The notes under the pieces are model-generated. The model saw only the letters and a list, made by a program, of their open reading frames with translations. It did no database searches and was not told the DNA's origin. DNA of 64,000 nt from Deltaproteobacteria bacterium (GTDB taxonomy: Bacteria; Myxococcota_A; UBA9160; SMWR01): the NCBI GenBank assembly GCA_032128115.1, contig JAQBHB010000078.1:45935-109934 (forward strand). The letters are read 5' to 3'. The number at the start of each line of letters is the position of its first letter. The stretch's first letter is position 1. Of the stretch, positions 46,035 to 55,887 are shown one piece after another. The position numbers and the translations under genes were made by a program.

Positions 46035-47450
46035 CTAGAACTGGAAGTAGATGAAGGGGATGTTCTCGTGTGACGCCCAGAAGGCGAGCATGAACACCAG
46101 ATACACCACGGCGTTCACACGCACCCAGAACGGTGACTCGAAGATCCAGCCCGCGCCCCCCCTCCGCTCGCGAATCCCATCGAGCACCAGGATCGGAATC
46201 ACCAGGAACACGAACAACAGGGCATCGTTCACCTGGGGCGACTGCACCGGGCCGAACCGGAACAGGTTGACGAGCAGCGTCTTCACGTCCGCCAGGCGTT
46301 CTGCGCGGAACAGGATCCAACCCAGGCAGGTGATGTGGAAGAAAACGAAGACCCGCAGCGCCAGCCACGTGCGCTGCGCTCCCCCGAACAGGCTTCCGAT
46401 GCCTTCCCAGACCCTCTCGAATCGCCGGTGGATCACCAGCATGACCCCCTGGTAGGCGCCCCAGGTTACGAAGGTCATGGCGGCACCGTGCCAGAGTCCG
46501 CCAAGCAGCATGGTGATCATCAGGTTGCGATACGTGCGGTTCTTCCGGTTGCCGCCGAGACTGATGTAGAGATAGTCGCGCAGCCAGGTGGAGAGGCTGA
46601 TGTGCCAGCGGCGCCAGAACTCCCGCGGGTTGGTCGCGAAATAGGGCTGCCGGAAGTTGAGCATCAGGTCCACGCCAAAGAGCCGCGCCGTGCCCCTGGC
46701 GATGTCCGTGTAGCCCGAGAAGTCGCAATAGATCTGGAACGTGAAGGCGTAGACGCCAAGCAGGACATAGAGACCGGTCTGCTCACCCGGCGCGTTGAAG
46801 ACGTTGTCGGCGATGAGCGCCAGGTTGTCGGCAACCACTGCCTTCTTGAACAGGCCCACCAGGATCAGCCAAAGCCCTTCTCGGGTCATCTTCGAGCCGA
46901 GAATCCGTTCGCGCACCAGCTGGGGCAGCAGGTGCGACGCGCGCTCGATGGGGCCCGCCACCAGCTGGGGGAAGAACGAAACGAACAGCGCGAAGTCGAA
47001 GATGTCGTGGGTCGGCCGCAGCTGGCGCCGGTAGATGTCGATCGAATACGTCATGGTCTGGAACGTGTAGAAGGAGATTCCCACCGGCAGGACCACGTGC
47101 AGGAGCCGCGGGGACGCGTCCAGACCGAATACGGCCAGCAGCTCCACCATGGAGCTCACGAAGAAGTCGTAGTACTTGAAGACCCCGAGGATCCCGAGGT
47201 TGGTGACGACACTGAGCGTGATCAGGAGCGTGCGATTGCGCTCGTTCTCGGTGCGGGCCAGGGCCCGGCCGCAATAGAAGTCCACCACCGTAGAGATCAA
47301 GAGCAGGCTGCAGAATTTGACCGACCAGAAGCCGTAGAAGACGTAGCTGGCGGTCAACAGCAGGAGGTTCTGCTTGCGGTGCGAAAGGCTCCGGTAGAGC
47401 AGGTAGACGATCGCGAGGAAGACGAAGTAGATGTAGGAGTTGAACAGCAT
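46035..47450 (-). CDS. MBOAT O-acyltransferase (AlgI/PatA-like)
   Basis: MLFNS, LPVGISFYTFQ, FFPQLVAGPIER, YCDFSGYTD, FWRRWHISLS.WLRDYLYI, GLWHGA. Confidence 0.95.
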   Translation of the reverse strand: MLFNSYIYFVFLAIVYLLYRSLSHRKQNLLLLTASYVFYGFWSVKFCSLLLISTVVDFYCGRALARTENERNRTLLITLSVVTNLGILGVFKYYDFFVSSMVELLAVFGLDASPRLLHVVLPVGISFYTFQTMTYSIDIYRRQLRPTHDIFDFALFVSFFPQLVAGPIERASHLLPQLVRERILGSKMTREGLWLILVGLFKKAVVADNLALIADNVFNAPGEQTGLYVLLGVYAFTFQIYCDFSGYTDIARGTARLFGVDLMLNFRQPYFATNPREFWRRWHISLSTWLRDYLYISLGGNRKNRTYRNLMITMLLGGLWHGAAMTFVTWGAYQGVMLVIHRRFERVWEGIGSLFGGAQRTWLALRVFVFFHITCLGWILFRAERLADVKTLLVNLFRFGPVQSPQVNDALLFVFLVIPILVLDGIRERRGGAGWIFESPFWVRVNAVVYLVFMLAFWASHENIPFIYFQF

Positions 47451-47687
47451 CTGTAGAGCGGCTGGCCTGGAACACAAAGCCCGGCATTACCCGTTGGGGG
47501 GGGCCGGAGCCGCTCCAAACGCACCAGCGCATATACCACAATCCCGCCGGCGCCGGAGCCTCCACGCGGGTCTGGGACATGGAACCGGAGCTCGTCGCGC
47601 GCGCCTACAAGCACTTCGAATCGCGCGATGAGCTGTTCGAGATGCGACCGAGCTGGCGACCCCCCTCCGGGCTCGGCGTTACCTACA

Positions 47688-48779
47688 ATGACTCGGGTGG
47701 GTACGCGTCTCGCCGTAGTTGCCGCCGTTCTGCTGGTGCTGTCCTCCGCCGCCCCGGGCGCAACCCTCGTCGATCCCGGCCAGGGGCCGGTCGCGCTCGC
47801 CCCCGGCGCGCCGGGTGCCGCGGAGCTCTCGGGGCTCGCCTACGCGGGCGCAGATCGGTACTACGCCGTCAGCGACTCGGGTCGCACGCTGTTCGAGCTC
47901 GCAATCCAGGTGGACGCGATCAGCGGCCAGATTCTCAGCGCCTCGGTGGTGGACTCGCTGGCTCTCGCCGCCGGGACCGATCTCGAGGGGCTCGTCCATC
48001 ACCCACTCGGCGGATCCGTATTCGCGAGCGACGAAACGGGCCCCGCGATCCGGGAGTACCGGCTCTCGGACGGGACCGTTCTCTCGAGCGTGGCGGTGCC
48101 CGCGATCTTCAACCAGGTTCGCAACAATCTGAGCCTCGAATCACTGGCGATGCGCCTCGCACCCAATGCGTCGGACGACGCGCTCTGGACTGCGAACGAG
48201 GAGTCGCTCCTCGTCGACGGCCCCGTCTCGACGGCCAGCGTTGGCACGCGGGTGCGGCTCCAGCGATTCGACGAGGCGGGGGCGGCCGACGGCCAGTGGG
48301 CCTACGTCACCGACCCCTATCCGGGCGGGCCGTTTCTCGGCCTCGAGCGGAGCGGCGTCGCCGATCTGCTCGCGCTTCCGAATGGCGAACTGTTGCTGAT
48401 GGAGCGCAGCTTCAGCTCGTCGCTCTTCCGCACGCGCATCTACCAGGTGCATTTCGCAGGCGCCACCGACACGTCGGCCCTCGCGAGCCTCGATCTCGAC
48501 CCCTACACGCCCGTGGGCAAGACGCTCCTGTGGGAGGTCATGGGCGTGGCGCAGAACTACGAGGGCCTCGCCGTCGGGCCGCAGCTCGACGCGGGCGACT
48601 GGAGCCTGCTGCTCGTCTCGGACAGTGGCGGCGGTGCGCCCCAGAGCCTGTATCCGCTCCGGGTGATCCCCGAGCCGGATGCGAACCTGCAGATTGCCGT
48701 GGGGCTGCTCGGGCTGTGGCTCCGGCACCAGCGACGGCGTGGTCGTGGTGCCGAAGCACGCTCCCGATCGGTTCGGTAG
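47688..48779 (+). CDS. Esterase-like-activity-of-phytase family beta-propeller with PEP-CTERM-like tail
   Basis: ELSGLAY, YAVSD, DLEG, RNNLSLESLA, NYEGL, LLVSD; IPEP-hydrophobic-RRR. Confidence 0.8.
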   Translation: MTRVGTRLAVVAAVLLVLSSAAPGATLVDPGQGPVALAPGAPGAAELSGLAYAGADRYYAVSDSGRTLFELAIQVDAISGQILSASVVDSLALAAGTDLEGLVHHPLGGSVFASDETGPAIREYRLSDGTVLSSVAVPAIFNQVRNNLSLESLAMRLAPNASDDALWTANEESLLVDGPVSTASVGTRVRLQRFDEAGAADGQWAYVTDPYPGGPFLGLERSGVADLLALPNGELLLMERSFSSSLFRTRIYQVHFAGATDTSALASLDLDPYTPVGKTLLWEVMGVAQNYEGLAVGPQLDAGDWSLLLVSDSGGGAPQSLYPLRVIPEPDANLQIAVGLLGLWLRHQRRRGRGAEARSRSVR

Positions 48780-48796
48780 AAGATCCCTCGGACCCG

Positions 48797-49024
48797 CTAC
48801 ATGCGGCCCAGGAGGAAGGCGCGGGCGGTGTCTCGCAGCGAGTTACCGGACGCAATGACCCCGGCCTTGGATTTTCCGGCGGTCTTCTTGCGGGCCGGCG
48901 CCTTTCGGGCCGCCTTCTTCTTCGAGATCTTCTTCTTCGTGGCCTTCTTCTTGGAGGCCTTCTTCGCGGAGGATGCCTTCTTCTTGCTCTTCCCGGTCTT
49001 CTTCTTCTTCTTCTTTACGGCCAT
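48797..49024 (-). CDS. Lys-rich histone-H1-like basic protein (75 aa)
   Basis: 26 Lys in 75 aa; KKKA-type repeats; AAGGGA upstream. Confidence 0.75.
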   Translation of the reverse strand: MAVKKKKKKTGKSKKKASSAKKASKKKATKKKISKKKAARKAPARKKTAGKSKAGVIASGNSLRDTARAFLLGRM

Positions 49025-49141
49025 CGGCGTTCCCTTCGTCGGCAAACTTCAGCGTTGCAGGTGCGTAGATAGCGTTCCGAGGCTTGCAGATCCAGATGCC
49101 AGGGCGGCGCGCTACCCTGCCCGGGACAGCGTGGGGGCCCC

Positions 49142-49381
49142 ATGGCAGAGCGGACGTACACCGATGTCTCCCCCGAGCAGCTGAGCCCCGACGTCCTGCG
49201 AGGGCTAGTGGAGGAGTTCGTGACCCGCGACGGCACCGATTACGGGGCGATCGAGCGCAGCGTCGAGGACAAGATCGCCCACGTGATGGCCCAGATCGAC
49301 CGCGGCGAGGCTCGGGTCGTCTTCGATCCGGAAACCGGAACCACCAACATCGCCCTGGCCCGAGATCTGGCAGGGGCATGA
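49142..49381 (+). CDS. YheU/UPF0270 family protein
   Basis: LSPDVL..LVEEFVTRDGTDYG..E.S...K...V..Q...GEA..VFD. Confidence 0.85.
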   Translation: MAERTYTDVSPEQLSPDVLRGLVEEFVTRDGTDYGAIERSVEDKIAHVMAQIDRGEARVVFDPETGTTNIALARDLAGA

Positions 49382-49428
49382 GCCGAGGTCTGGCAGGGGC
49401 ATGAGCCGAGATCTGGCAGGGGCATGAG
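49360..49428 (+). repeat. 3 x 23-bp tandem repeat of a stop/start junction
   Basis: ccgag(a/g)tctggcaggggcatgag at 49360, 49383, 49406. Confidence 0.95.
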
Positions 49429-50008
49429 CGAGACCGTGACTCCCGAGGAGCGCGAGGCCCTCGAGACCCTGGAGTACGGCGAGGCGTGGCTGACGACCGG
49501 AATCCTCGACCGGAAACTCTTGGCCGAGCAGTACCAGCGCCTACAGGCCGGCGGCACTCGCAAGCTCGCGAAGTATCGCGCCCAGGCCCTGGCGGCCTGG
49601 TGCGCCCGGGAAGGGGCCATCGACGAAGCCCAGATCGAGGCCTACCTGGCCCTGGCGGCCACGCAAGGCGACGCGAAGCTCACCCAGTCCGCCATCGCGG
49701 AGCTGATCCAGTCGCCGCGCCTCGCGCTCGCACAGCTTTCGGCCCTCGCCGGCTCGGATCCGAAGCTCCTGCGCCGCCACGAGCCGCTGATCCGCCGCGT
49801 CTACCTGACCCGGCGCCTGGAACAAGGCGTGACCGATGAGCTCGTGCAGCAGGTGATCGAGCACAAGGACGCCTCTGTGCAAACGGGCCTGATTCGCGAT
49901 GCCCGTCTCGCCCGCAAGCACGCCGAGCTCCTGGCCAAGCAGGGCGCCAACCTCACCATCCGCGAAATGGCCCAGGCCTGGTTCCAGGACAAGAAGGCCT
50001 GGAAGTAG
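49424..50008 (+). CDS. Hypothetical alpha-helical protein
   Basis: 194-aa ORF with typical codon usage, starts in repeat copy 3. Confidence 0.7.
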   Translation: MSETVTPEEREALETLEYGEAWLTTGILDRKLLAEQYQRLQAGGTRKLAKYRAQALAAWCAREGAIDEAQIEAYLALAATQGDAKLTQSAIAELIQSPRLALAQLSALAGSDPKLLRRHEPLIRRVYLTRRLEQGVTDELVQQVIEHKDASVQTGLIRDARLARKHAELLAKQGANLTIREMAQAWFQDKKAWK

Positions 50009-50078
50009 GCTCGGAAAAGGCCTTCCCAAGCAGCCTCTTGGAAATCGCCGTTGCGTGCCCACGCACGCGCATTTCCCG

Positions 50079-50106
50079 TCAAGTGGACCAATCGGGCTCC
50101 CGATAC
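50079..50106 (+). promoter_or_regulatory. sigma28-like promoter
   Basis: TCAAG-N15-CCCGATAC, 42 nt before ATG 50149. Confidence 0.5.
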
Positions 50107-50148
50107 AGACCTATCGAGCGGAAACCAGCACCGGTGCGGGAGACGCCC

Positions 50149-52434
50149 ATGTCCACGATCCCGATCCCGCGACGTCCGCTCCGCCGCCTCGCGGCGAGCC
50201 TGATGCTCGTGTTCGCCTCCGGACTCGTTCTGGGTTGCCTCGAGCACGACGAGACGAACCGGATCGTGGCCCAGCCGACCGTTGAAGTCGAAGGCGCCGA
50301 GAACATGGCCGACTACGCGGGTGGCTTCGCGCAAGGCGCCGAGCTCGCGAAGGAACAGGAACTCGACGTGGAATCGCGCCTCGTGCGAGCTCCGGACGAC
50401 ACCCCCGCCGAGCCCGAGCGCAAGGCCCGCGCCAGGATGCCCGGCTCCCAGCCCCAGCCAGCTCCGCCCGCTCCCTCGAAGTCTCTCTCGGAGCTCGAAT
50501 ACCAGACTGCCCAGAGCCGCAACCAGCGCGCCAATGAGGCCTTCGACTACCTGGGTCCGCAAGCTTTCGAGGCACAACCGGGCAAGGACGTGCCGGACCC
50601 GGCGGCTCGCCACAGCCAGCTGCACGCGAACCTGGCCGGAGCCGGCGAACGTCTGGACGAGGCCGTTTCGCTTCGCGACGCCGATGCCCTCCGCAAGCGC
50701 GAGGAGAGCGCCGCGCGCGGGCTCGTGAGCCAGAACGAGCTCCGGGCCCTGGGCTATGCCGGCGGGCGCCAGGATGGTTGGGACCTGAAGCAGCTGGCGG
50801 CCTCGGAGCCGCCCGCGTTCTCGGCCGCCCAGGCGTTCGAGCGCATGCGGCGTTCGCTCGAGGGCGTGCCGTTCCAGTCGGCGTCGGGTTACTGGGCCAA
50901 CACCTACGTGCCTGGCGATCCGGTGATGCGCTGGCTCGAAGCGCGCCTGGGCGAGCGCGATCTGGAGCTGCTCCAGGCCTGGTCGCCGCAACCGCTGCTG
51001 CTGGAAGCGGGTTCGCGCCAGCCCCCCCAGCCCTTCGACGCCCCGGACAATGCCGCCCTGTCGGTCTTCATGCAGGCCGACCGTCGCGGCCTCGAGGGGG
51101 AGGGACGCATGCTGGTGCAGGTGGGCCTGCAAGGCGCCCATCGCCGCAGCGGCCTGCGCCCCGCCATGAGCGTGGGCGTGGTGCTCGACCTGCGTGGATC
51201 CGTCTCCACCGAACACATCGCCAGCATGCGCGCGCTGATGGATGGCTTCCTCACCGCCCGCGATGTGGGCGATCGTTTCAGCCTCACGGTGGCCGGGCGC
51301 CCCGGCGCCACGCTGGTGAACGCCGACGACTTCCGGCACGGCCCGATCACCGTGGCCATGAGCCAGATCCTCGAGCCCGGCGCCCCGGGCTTACCGAAGC
51401 GAGAGACCTTGAGCCTCGAGGAGGCCGTGGGCCAGACGACCGCGGAGTTGCAGCGCGGCGACGATCCCTCGGCGCCGCTTGGCAGCAGCATGCTGCTGCT
51501 CGTGACGAACCAGCCCTTTGGCTCCAGCACGCAGACCCTCGTGAGTCTGGCCCATCAGAGCGCCGTGGCGGGTGTCCCGGTGAGCGTGGTGGGCATCGGC
51601 GAGGGTGTTTCGCTCGCCGAGATCGAGCGGGTGGCGCTTGCCGGCCAGGGCAACCGCCGCCTGATGCACAGCGCGGCCGATGCCGAGTCGCTGGTGGCGC
51701 GCGAACTCTCGGCCCTGGCGCGGGTCATCGCGCGCGCCGTGCGTCTTCGCATCCGCCTGGCGCCGGGCGTGAAACTCGTGGAAGTGGTGGGCGCCGAGCG
51801 CCTGGACGCGGCCGGCGCCCAGAACGTGCGCAACGCCGAGAAGAGCATCGACCGCCGACTGTCCCGCAACCTGGGTATCGAATCCGACCGTGGCGAGGAC
51901 GAAGCAGGCATCCAGATCGTGATTCCCACCTTCCAGAGCAGCGACTCCCACGCGGTGCTGCTGGACGTGGTGGCCTCGGGCCCCGGCCCCATCGCCGACG
52001 TGACCGTCCGATACAAGGACCTGGTGTATCTCCGCAACAATGTTGCCCGCACCAACCTGACTCTCGGCCACACCGCATCTGCCCCGGGTCCGCTCGAACG
52101 CAATGTGGTGAAGAACTTTCTCGCGATCCGCCTGGCCGACACGCTCAAGCAGGCGGGTCGCATGTTGCTGGCCGGCAGCGACCCCCAGGCCATCGCCCAG
52201 GTGCGCGAGTTCCAGGGGCTGCTGGCGAGCCTGCAACGCGAGGTGCCGGGCTTCCAGCACGACGCGGATCTCGGAAACGACGCCCACATGCTGGGCGAGT
52301 ACCTGGCGCTGCTGGAGACCGGCGCGGTTCAACAAGCGGAGCCCCGGCAGTACCTGGCCGATTCGCTCCAGCTCTCGGGCTACTTCAAGACGATTCCCCG
52401 CTCCACCTCCGATGCGTGGAGCCGAAGGAGATGA
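50149..52434 (+). CDS. VWA-domain lipoprotein
   Basis: GGGAG RBS; lipobox LVLGC; VVLDLRGS, LLLVT, VSVVGIG, A.AGQG VWA pattern. Confidence 0.75.
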   Translation: MSTIPIPRRPLRRLAASLMLVFASGLVLGCLEHDETNRIVAQPTVEVEGAENMADYAGGFAQGAELAKEQELDVESRLVRAPDDTPAEPERKARARMPGSQPQPAPPAPSKSLSELEYQTAQSRNQRANEAFDYLGPQAFEAQPGKDVPDPAARHSQLHANLAGAGERLDEAVSLRDADALRKREESAARGLVSQNELRALGYAGGRQDGWDLKQLAASEPPAFSAAQAFERMRRSLEGVPFQSASGYWANTYVPGDPVMRWLEARLGERDLELLQAWSPQPLLLEAGSRQPPQPFDAPDNAALSVFMQADRRGLEGEGRMLVQVGLQGAHRRSGLRPAMSVGVVLDLRGSVSTEHIASMRALMDGFLTARDVGDRFSLTVAGRPGATLVNADDFRHGPITVAMSQILEPGAPGLPKRETLSLEEAVGQTTAELQRGDDPSAPLGSSMLLLVTNQPFGSSTQTLVSLAHQSAVAGVPVSVVGIGEGVSLAEIERVALAGQGNRRLMHSAADAESLVARELSALARVIARAVRLRIRLAPGVKLVEVVGAERLDAAGAQNVRNAEKSIDRRLSRNLGIESDRGEDEAGIQIVIPTFQSSDSHAVLLDVVASGPGPIADVTVRYKDLVYLRNNVARTNLTLGHTASAPGPLERNVVKNFLAIRLADTLKQAGRMLLAGSDPQAIAQVREFQGLLASLQREVPGFQHDADLGNDAHMLGEYLALLETGAVQQAEPRQYLADSLQLSGYFKTIPRSTSDAWSRRR

Positions 52435-52439
52435 CCATC

Positions 52440-55400
52440 ATGCGCACCGCCACGTCGATCCGCCTCGCCCTTGGCCTGGCCTTTGCCACGCTTTCGCTGG
52501 GAAGCGCCCGGGCCACGGAGGTCGCACCCGAGGCCGGCCAGGTGCAGATCCCGCTGGAGATCTACACCCAGCTGGTGCAGGCCGGCGAGCAGCCCGTGGT
52601 GGCTCCGGCCAGCTACGCGATCGGCCGCGCCGAACTCAACGTGCAGGTCACCGAGTCCGAGGGTCGGGCCAACGCCCAGGTGTCGGTCTCGCTCACGATC
52701 GAGGTGCTGGAAGACCGCTGGGTACTGGTGCCCATCCTGCCCTCGGGAACTCCCGTGAGCGCAGTCTCGATCAACGGCCAGCCCGTGCAGCTCATCAACA
52801 CGCCGGGCGGCCTGGCCTGGGGCGTCAAACAGAAGGGCGCCTACGCCATGCAGCTCGAGTACCGGGTGGACGCCGCGCGCTCCACGGCTGGCTTCGTGCT
52901 GCCGGTTCCCACACCCGAGGCCGCCGCCACCCAGCTTCTGGCGAGCCTGCCGGGAACCGGACTCGACGTGGCCGTGATCCCCGGCGCCGGCGTCACCTCG
53001 CGCACGGCCGGCCAGAACACCCAGATCTCGGCCACGGTGCCCGCCACCCGCGGGCTCCAAATCTCGTGGCGCGCGCCCTCGCTCCAGAGCCACACCATCA
53101 GCCGCGCCCACTACACGGGCAAGCTGGTGGGCGATGCCATCCCGTGGACGGGCGATCTCAGCGTCGAGCTCTCCGGGGACGAGTCCGTGACGCTCGCGCT
53201 GCTGCCCAAGAACGTGACCTTGAGCGACATCGAGGTGGACGGCGCCAAGGCCGCGATTCTGGTGAAGGACGACTCGTTCGCCACGCTGGTGCGGGGGCGC
53301 GGACCTCACCGCCTGCGCATCGCCTTCCAGGTGCCTGTGCAGCGCAGCGATGGCCCGCCCCAGGTGGTGCTGATGATTCCCGAGATTCCCGTGTCGCGCT
53401 TCGACCTCACGCTGCCCGGCCGCAAGCAGGTGACGGCTGCGCCCGCCTCGGACGTGGCGCACCGCACCCTCGAGAAGACCACGCTGGCGAGCTTCCACGT
53501 GCCCATGACGCGGCAGGTGAGCCTGTCGTGGACTGAATCCATCCCTGAGGATCTGCGTACCGAGACCCGTTCGAACGCCAACCTCTACCACGCGGTACAC
53601 GCCGAGGAGGGCGTGATCTACGTGGATGCGCTCGTCGCCTTCGAAGTCAGCCGCGGTGAGGTGAGCGCCATCGAACTCGAGCTGCCTCACGATGTGCAGG
53701 TCAACCGAATCACCTCCGAGAACGGAGGCATCTCCGACTGGCGCGTGGCGCCCGGCAATGCCCGCAGCCCCCAGAAGGTGACCGTGTTCCTCGGCCACGC
53801 GCTCACCGGCGAAATGCGCTTCCGCGTGCACTACGACCGATCGCTGGCCAAGGGGGGCGCCTCGATCCCGATCCCGCTGCTGCGGGCCCTGGACGTGCAC
53901 CGCCAGCGCGGCATGGTGGCCCTGCTGGCCACCACCGAGGTGGCGCTCACCCCGATCCAGGAAGAAAACGTGACCCAGGTGGGCGAAAACGCGCTGCCGC
54001 CGTTCTTTCGGCGCTCGATCGAGAAGACCATCGCCCATACCTTCAAGTACGCCGAGGCCGTGCCCCAGCTGGTGGCCACGGCCACCGTGCCCGACCGGGT
54101 GCTCGCGAAGTTCGACGCCACGGTGGACACGCTGATCTCGCTCACCGACGTCACCATGCGCGGCGCGGCGAGCGTCAACATCAACGTGAAGTCCGGCAAG
54201 CTGACGACCCTTCAGCTCGAGCTCCCCGCCGACGTGAACCTGCTGAATCTGACGGCACCCTCGTTGCGCACCCACCGGGTGGGCGAAGAGGACGATCGCC
54301 TCGTGACCGTGGAATTCACCCAGGACATGCTGGGGCAATTCCGGGTGGAGGTCGCCTACGAACGCATCACCACCGACGCCGAGTCGGAGGTGTCGGTGCC
54401 CACCCTTCGCGTAGTGGGCGCCGAAGTCGAACAGGGCCGCATCGCGGTGGAGGCGCTGGCCGCCGTGGAGGTGCAGGTGGCATCCGCCGAGCAGCTCTCG
54501 AGCCTCGACCCGAGCGAGCTTCCCCAGCAGCTGATCCTCAAGACCACCAACCCGATCCTGCTGGGATACAAGTACGTGCACGTGGACCCGCCCTACCACC
54601 TGACCCTGCGCATGACGCGCCACCAGGAGGTGGACGTACAGACGGCGGCCATCGACAGCGCCGACTACCGCACGCTCTTCACCCCGGACGGCCTGGCGGT
54701 GACCACCGCGCGCTACACGGTGCGCAACAGCCGCAAGCAGTTCCTGCGGGTGGTGCTGCCCAAGGGCGCCGAGCTGTGGAGCGCCACGGTGGACGGCAGA
54801 CCCGAGAAGCCCGCCATCTCCAGCAATGGCGCGCCCGACACCAACGGCCAGGGGCCGGAGATCCTGATCAAGGTGATCAACTCGGCGCAGGGCTTCCCGG
54901 TGGAGGTGATCTACGCCACCCCCGTGGCCGAGATGAGCCGCTTCGGCCGGGTGAGTTTCCACCTGCCCCGCCCGGACATGGTGGTGACGCGCTCGCAATG
55001 GGATCTCTACCTGCCCGATCGCTTCCAGTACGGAACGCCCACCACCAACATGGACGTGATGGCCAACGGCGTGCACCTGACACGCGAGGCCATGCAGGCC
55101 GGAATGGACGTGGACCGCGCGAACTTTGCTCCCACGCCCACCCAGCCGCTGCAGATCGACGTGCCGAGCGCGGGCATCCACTACGCGTTCGAGAAGCTCT
55201 ACGCCAACCAGGCCGAGGAAGACGCCTCGTTCTCGATCCCCTACACCTCGAACCTGGGCTCGGCCTTCGGGCAATCGATCTCGCTGCTTGGCACGGCGCT
55301 CTTCTGGGCCTGCATCTGGATGGCGTGGCAACGCGTGGGCCCCCTCACCCCGCGACGGGCGCTGCCCCTGGCGGGCGGCAGCCTGCTGCTGCTGCTGGGC

Positions 55401-55532
55401 CCCATCGGCTACCTGCAGACCAGCGCCCTGCCGCCGCTGGTGCTCTCGGCCCTGGTCCTGGTGGCATTTGCCGCGTATCTGGCCCGGGATCGCCGGCGCC
55501 TGCTGCCCGAGGGGGGCCCGACGCCGCTCTGA
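52440..55532 (+). CDS. Large exported beta-rich protein with C-terminal TM helices
   Basis: AAGGAG RBS; signal peptide (ARA-T); repeated beta-rich modules; three hydrophobic helices at C-terminus. Confidence 0.75.
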   Translation: MRTATSIRLALGLAFATLSLGSARATEVAPEAGQVQIPLEIYTQLVQAGEQPVVAPASYAIGRAELNVQVTESEGRANAQVSVSLTIEVLEDRWVLVPILPSGTPVSAVSINGQPVQLINTPGGLAWGVKQKGAYAMQLEYRVDAARSTAGFVLPVPTPEAAATQLLASLPGTGLDVAVIPGAGVTSRTAGQNTQISATVPATRGLQISWRAPSLQSHTISRAHYTGKLVGDAIPWTGDLSVELSGDESVTLALLPKNVTLSDIEVDGAKAAILVKDDSFATLVRGRGPHRLRIAFQVPVQRSDGPPQVVLMIPEIPVSRFDLTLPGRKQVTAAPASDVAHRTLEKTTLASFHVPMTRQVSLSWTESIPEDLRTETRSNANLYHAVHAEEGVIYVDALVAFEVSRGEVSAIELELPHDVQVNRITSENGGISDWRVAPGNARSPQKVTVFLGHALTGEMRFRVHYDRSLAKGGASIPIPLLRALDVHRQRGMVALLATTEVALTPIQEENVTQVGENALPPFFRRSIEKTIAHTFKYAEAVPQLVATATVPDRVLAKFDATVDTLISLTDVTMRGAASVNINVKSGKLTTLQLELPADVNLLNLTAPSLRTHRVGEEDDRLVTVEFTQDMLGQFRVEVAYERITTDAESEVSVPTLRVVGAEVEQGRIAVEALAAVEVQVASAEQLSSLDPSELPQQLILKTTNPILLGYKYVHVDPPYHLTLRMTRHQEVDVQTAAIDSADYRTLFTPDGLAVTTARYTVRNSRKQFLRVVLPKGAELWSATVDGRPEKPAISSNGAPDTNGQGPEILIKVINSAQGFPVEVIYATPVAEMSRFGRVSFHLPRPDMVVTRSQWDLYLPDRFQYGTPTTNMDVMANGVHLTREAMQAGMDVDRANFAPTPTQPLQIDVPSAGIHYAFEKLYANQAEEDASFSIPYTSNLGSAFGQSISLLGTALFWACIWMAWQRVGPLTPRRALPLAGGSLLLLLGPIGYLQTSALPPLVLSALVLVAFAAYLARDRRRLLPEGGPTPL

Positions 55533-55558
55533 AGGGGGCCCGTTCCGAGGCGCGCCGG

Positions 55559-55596
55559 TTGACAATTCCTCATAGTTCCATCATATTGGAACTATG
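55559..55596 (+). promoter_or_regulatory. sigma70 promoter overlapped by ArsR-type operator
   Basis: TTGACA-17-CATATT; perfect inverted repeat CATAGTTCCA-N6-TGGAACTATG (55571-55596) covering the -10 and the ATG. Confidence 0.8.
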
Positions 55597-55887
55597 GAGA
55601 ATAAGACCGCCATCGGGGCTCTGGCCGCCCTGGCCCAAGAAACCCGGCTCGACGTATTCCGGCTGCTGGTGCGGGCCGGCCCCGAGGGCCTGGCCGCCGG
55701 CGACGTGGGCGACTCGCTGGGTATCCCTTCCGCCACGCTCTCGTTCCACCTGAAGGAACTCAAGAACGCGGGGCTCATCGACTGCGAGCGTCTGGGTCGC
55801 TCCCGCATCTACCGCGCCGCCTTCGCCCGGGTGAACGCCCTGATCCGCTTCCTCACCGAGAACTGTTGTCGCGGGGTCGACGCGTGA
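55594..55887 (+). CDS. arsR: ArsR/SmtB metalloregulator with C-terminal vicinal Cys pair
   Basis: LAALAQETRL.VFRLLV.AGPEGL.AG, TLSFHLKEL, FLTENCC. Confidence 0.88.
   Translation: MENKTAIGALAALAQETRLDVFRLLVRAGPEGLAAGDVGDSLGIPSATLSFHLKELKNAGLIDCERLGRSRIYRAAFARVNALIRFLTENCCRGVDA

Noticed and set aside
49360..49428. 23-bp repeats as a CRISPR array
   Set aside because: No spacers and no cas genes; contiguous tandem copies
55885..55887. Other TGA stops (arsR, Rieske, GST, YheU-family) as Sec codons
   Set aside because: They fall at natural domain ends, often in ATGA/GTGA overlaps, with no Cys-motif context
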